Of a stretch of DNA of 48,920 bases, positions 46,855-48,920 are shown piece after piece (the first letter of the stretch is position 1; the number at the start of each line of letters is the position of its first letter). A program made the translations under genes and the position numbers. The stretch is from contig JBFJHJ010000024.1 of NCBI GenBank assembly GCA_041613315.1, positions 1 through 48,920 on the forward strand, in the 5' to 3' direction. The DNA comes from Gemmatimonadales bacterium (lineage in GTDB: Bacteria > Gemmatimonadota > Gemmatimonadetes > Gemmatimonadales > GWC2-71-9). A model generated the notes under the pieces. It searched no databases, was not told where the DNA came from, and saw nothing but the letters and a program-made list of their open reading frames with translations.

Positions 46855-48075
46855 ATGAATCACAGGGTGCTCGCCCTGGCAATCCCGATCGTGGCGACTG
46901 GGCTGTTCGGCGCCCTCCGATCCGGCCGTCCGCCTGCCGACGAGTCGGTCTTCACCAAAGGGCTCAAGGCTGGCGAGCGCGAGACCATTCTCTACGTCTG
47001 GACCCGAGACGCTGACCAGCAACAGAGCGACTTCCTCGCGGTTGTGGACGTGAATCCCCGGTCTACGACCTACGGCCGGGTCATCGCCACCGTTCCCACG
47101 AACTCGCCGGCCAACGAAGCGCACCATTTTGGCTACACCGCAAACACGGACCGCATCGTCGGTGGCGGGCTGTTCTCGAATCGGCTCTTCATCTACGACG
47201 TCAAGACGGACCCGCGGCGGCCGAAGCTGCTCAAGACGGTGGATCTGAACCCCACCGGCTACAGCGGTCCCCATACGATGTACGCGGTTCCGGGCGGAGT
47301 GATGCTCGCGATGCTCGGTAAAGTGGACGGCGGTGGACCGGGTGCGCTCGTTCTGGTTGATGACGACGGGAACTTCAAGCAGGCCTGGCCGGTGGTCCGT
47401 CCCGACGGTGCGCCCGGATTCATGTACGATGTGGGGGTCAAGCCCGAAATCAACCGAATGATCACGTCGAGTTGGTCCCATCCCGGGCACATCAAGGCCG
47501 GCGACCACCCCGCGCACTCGGGAAAGGACGTGGTCGTGTGGGATTGGAGAGCGAAGAAGATCCTCCAAGTCGAGGCACTGGACCTCGCGCCACTCGAGGT
47601 GCGCTGGATGCATGGCCCGAGCGGACTGGGGGGCTTCACCAATGCCGCCTTCGGGAACAGCGTGTGGTACTGGGAGGACGCGGATGGGGACGGCCGGCTG
47701 GCGTTCCATCGCGTGATCTCGCTGGGCGAGGGTGCGACCCCCGCCGACATGCGCGTGAGCTACGATAACCGGTATCTGTACGTCTCCCTGTGGGGAGCCG
47801 GAAAGGTCCAGCAATACGACATTGCCGACCCTGTGCGTCCGAAGCTGGTGAGCGAGGTCGCGATCCCGCAGCCCAACATGATGAAGCTGTCGCCGGACAG
47901 CCGCCGGCTCTACGTGACGAACTCGATCCTCTCGTCCCTCGACGGCAACGTCCGGTTCGGGGTGTGGCTGCTCCACGTGGGGCCGCAGGGCATGAGCGTC
48001 GACGCGGGGTTCACGCCCGACTTCGAGCACTTTCCGACCGGGCCGGGCGGGCCGCATGACATGCTGCTGAAGTAA
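46855..48075 (+). CDS. Secreted selenium-binding protein SBP56 / methanethiol oxidase-like beta-propeller
   Basis: SD GGAGG; signal peptide; LYVW, DFLAVVDV.P.S.TYG.VI, NEAHH, GPHT, S.D.R.LYV repeats, GPHDM. Confidence 0.85.
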   Translation: MNHRVLALAIPIVATGLFGALRSGRPPADESVFTKGLKAGERETILYVWTRDADQQQSDFLAVVDVNPRSTTYGRVIATVPTNSPANEAHHFGYTANTDRIVGGGLFSNRLFIYDVKTDPRRPKLLKTVDLNPTGYSGPHTMYAVPGGVMLAMLGKVDGGGPGALVLVDDDGNFKQAWPVVRPDGAPGFMYDVGVKPEINRMITSSWSHPGHIKAGDHPAHSGKDVVVWDWRAKKILQVEALDLAPLEVRWMHGPSGLGGFTNAAFGNSVWYWEDADGDGRLAFHRVISLGEGATPADMRVSYDNRYLYVSLWGAGKVQQYDIADPVRPKLVSEVAIPQPNMMKLSPDSRRLYVTNSILSSLDGNVRFGVWLLHVGPQGMSVDAGFTPDFEHFPTGPGGPHDMLLK

Positions 48076-48189
48076 TCGGGAATCGTCCGCGGGGGCATCG
48101 GGCGAGGCGCAGGCGATCGGGTCCGGAACCCAGCGCCCCCGGGTACACCCGGCTCCCGAGTGAGGCGCCTGTTCACGCCGTCCAGAGCG

Positions 48190-48220
48190 AAACGCCCCGG
48201 GGGGTGATCTCCCCGGGGCG
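48190..48220 (-). terminator. groEL terminator (probably bidirectional)
   Basis: CGCCCCGGGG-loop-CCCCGGGGCG followed by TTT on the minus strand. Confidence 0.65.
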
Positions 48221-48292
48221 CCACCTGATGCTGCGGCCAGACGTCCGACACGCCCCGATCGTGCGGCGCGTCGGAACGTCCGTCCGTCCGTC

Positions 48293-48920
<628 letters not shown>

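Noticed and set aside
46541..46858. 105 aa ORF ending at the SBP56 start
   Set aside because: It starts inside the repeat, has no SD or motifs and crosses the hairpin-rich leader; probably spurious.

Overview
High-GC bacterial chromosome segment, mostly housekeeping genes; gene content and order suggest Gemmatimonadota (inference). Minus-strand runs: deoC-ALDH16-like-thioesterase-HEAT/cyclophilin-lipoprotein-lptE-DUF4845-like-antiporter-rph-rdgB; murA-pgeF-rimP-nusA-L7Ae-infB-DUF503-rbfA-truB-ribF-secD-secF-tatD-fhs-ridA-tRNA-Sec-DAG kinase; serS-histidine kinase-pcrA-gatCAB. Plus-strand units: lpxH; P-II-like/DUF948/Zn-phospholipase C-like; roadblock/ManC-like/GlmU-like/MBL hydrolase; DUF1028. 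The window ends inside groEL. The most striking feature is a ~125 bp direct repeat duplicating the last codons, 3' UTR and terminator of groEL (46490-46617 and 48193-48324). It brackets a ~1.7 kb integrase-free unit carrying one secreted SBP56/methanethiol-oxidase-like gene, which lacks Cys and a conserved Trp and has a long structured leader. Also notable: a HEAT-repeat/HD-GYP pair sharing an unnamed YPxGH N-terminal domain, a probable CTG start for truB, an Asp-type MurA, a rimP leader terminator and several leaderless or near-leaderless promoters. Family calls come from motif recognition only; no searches were run.
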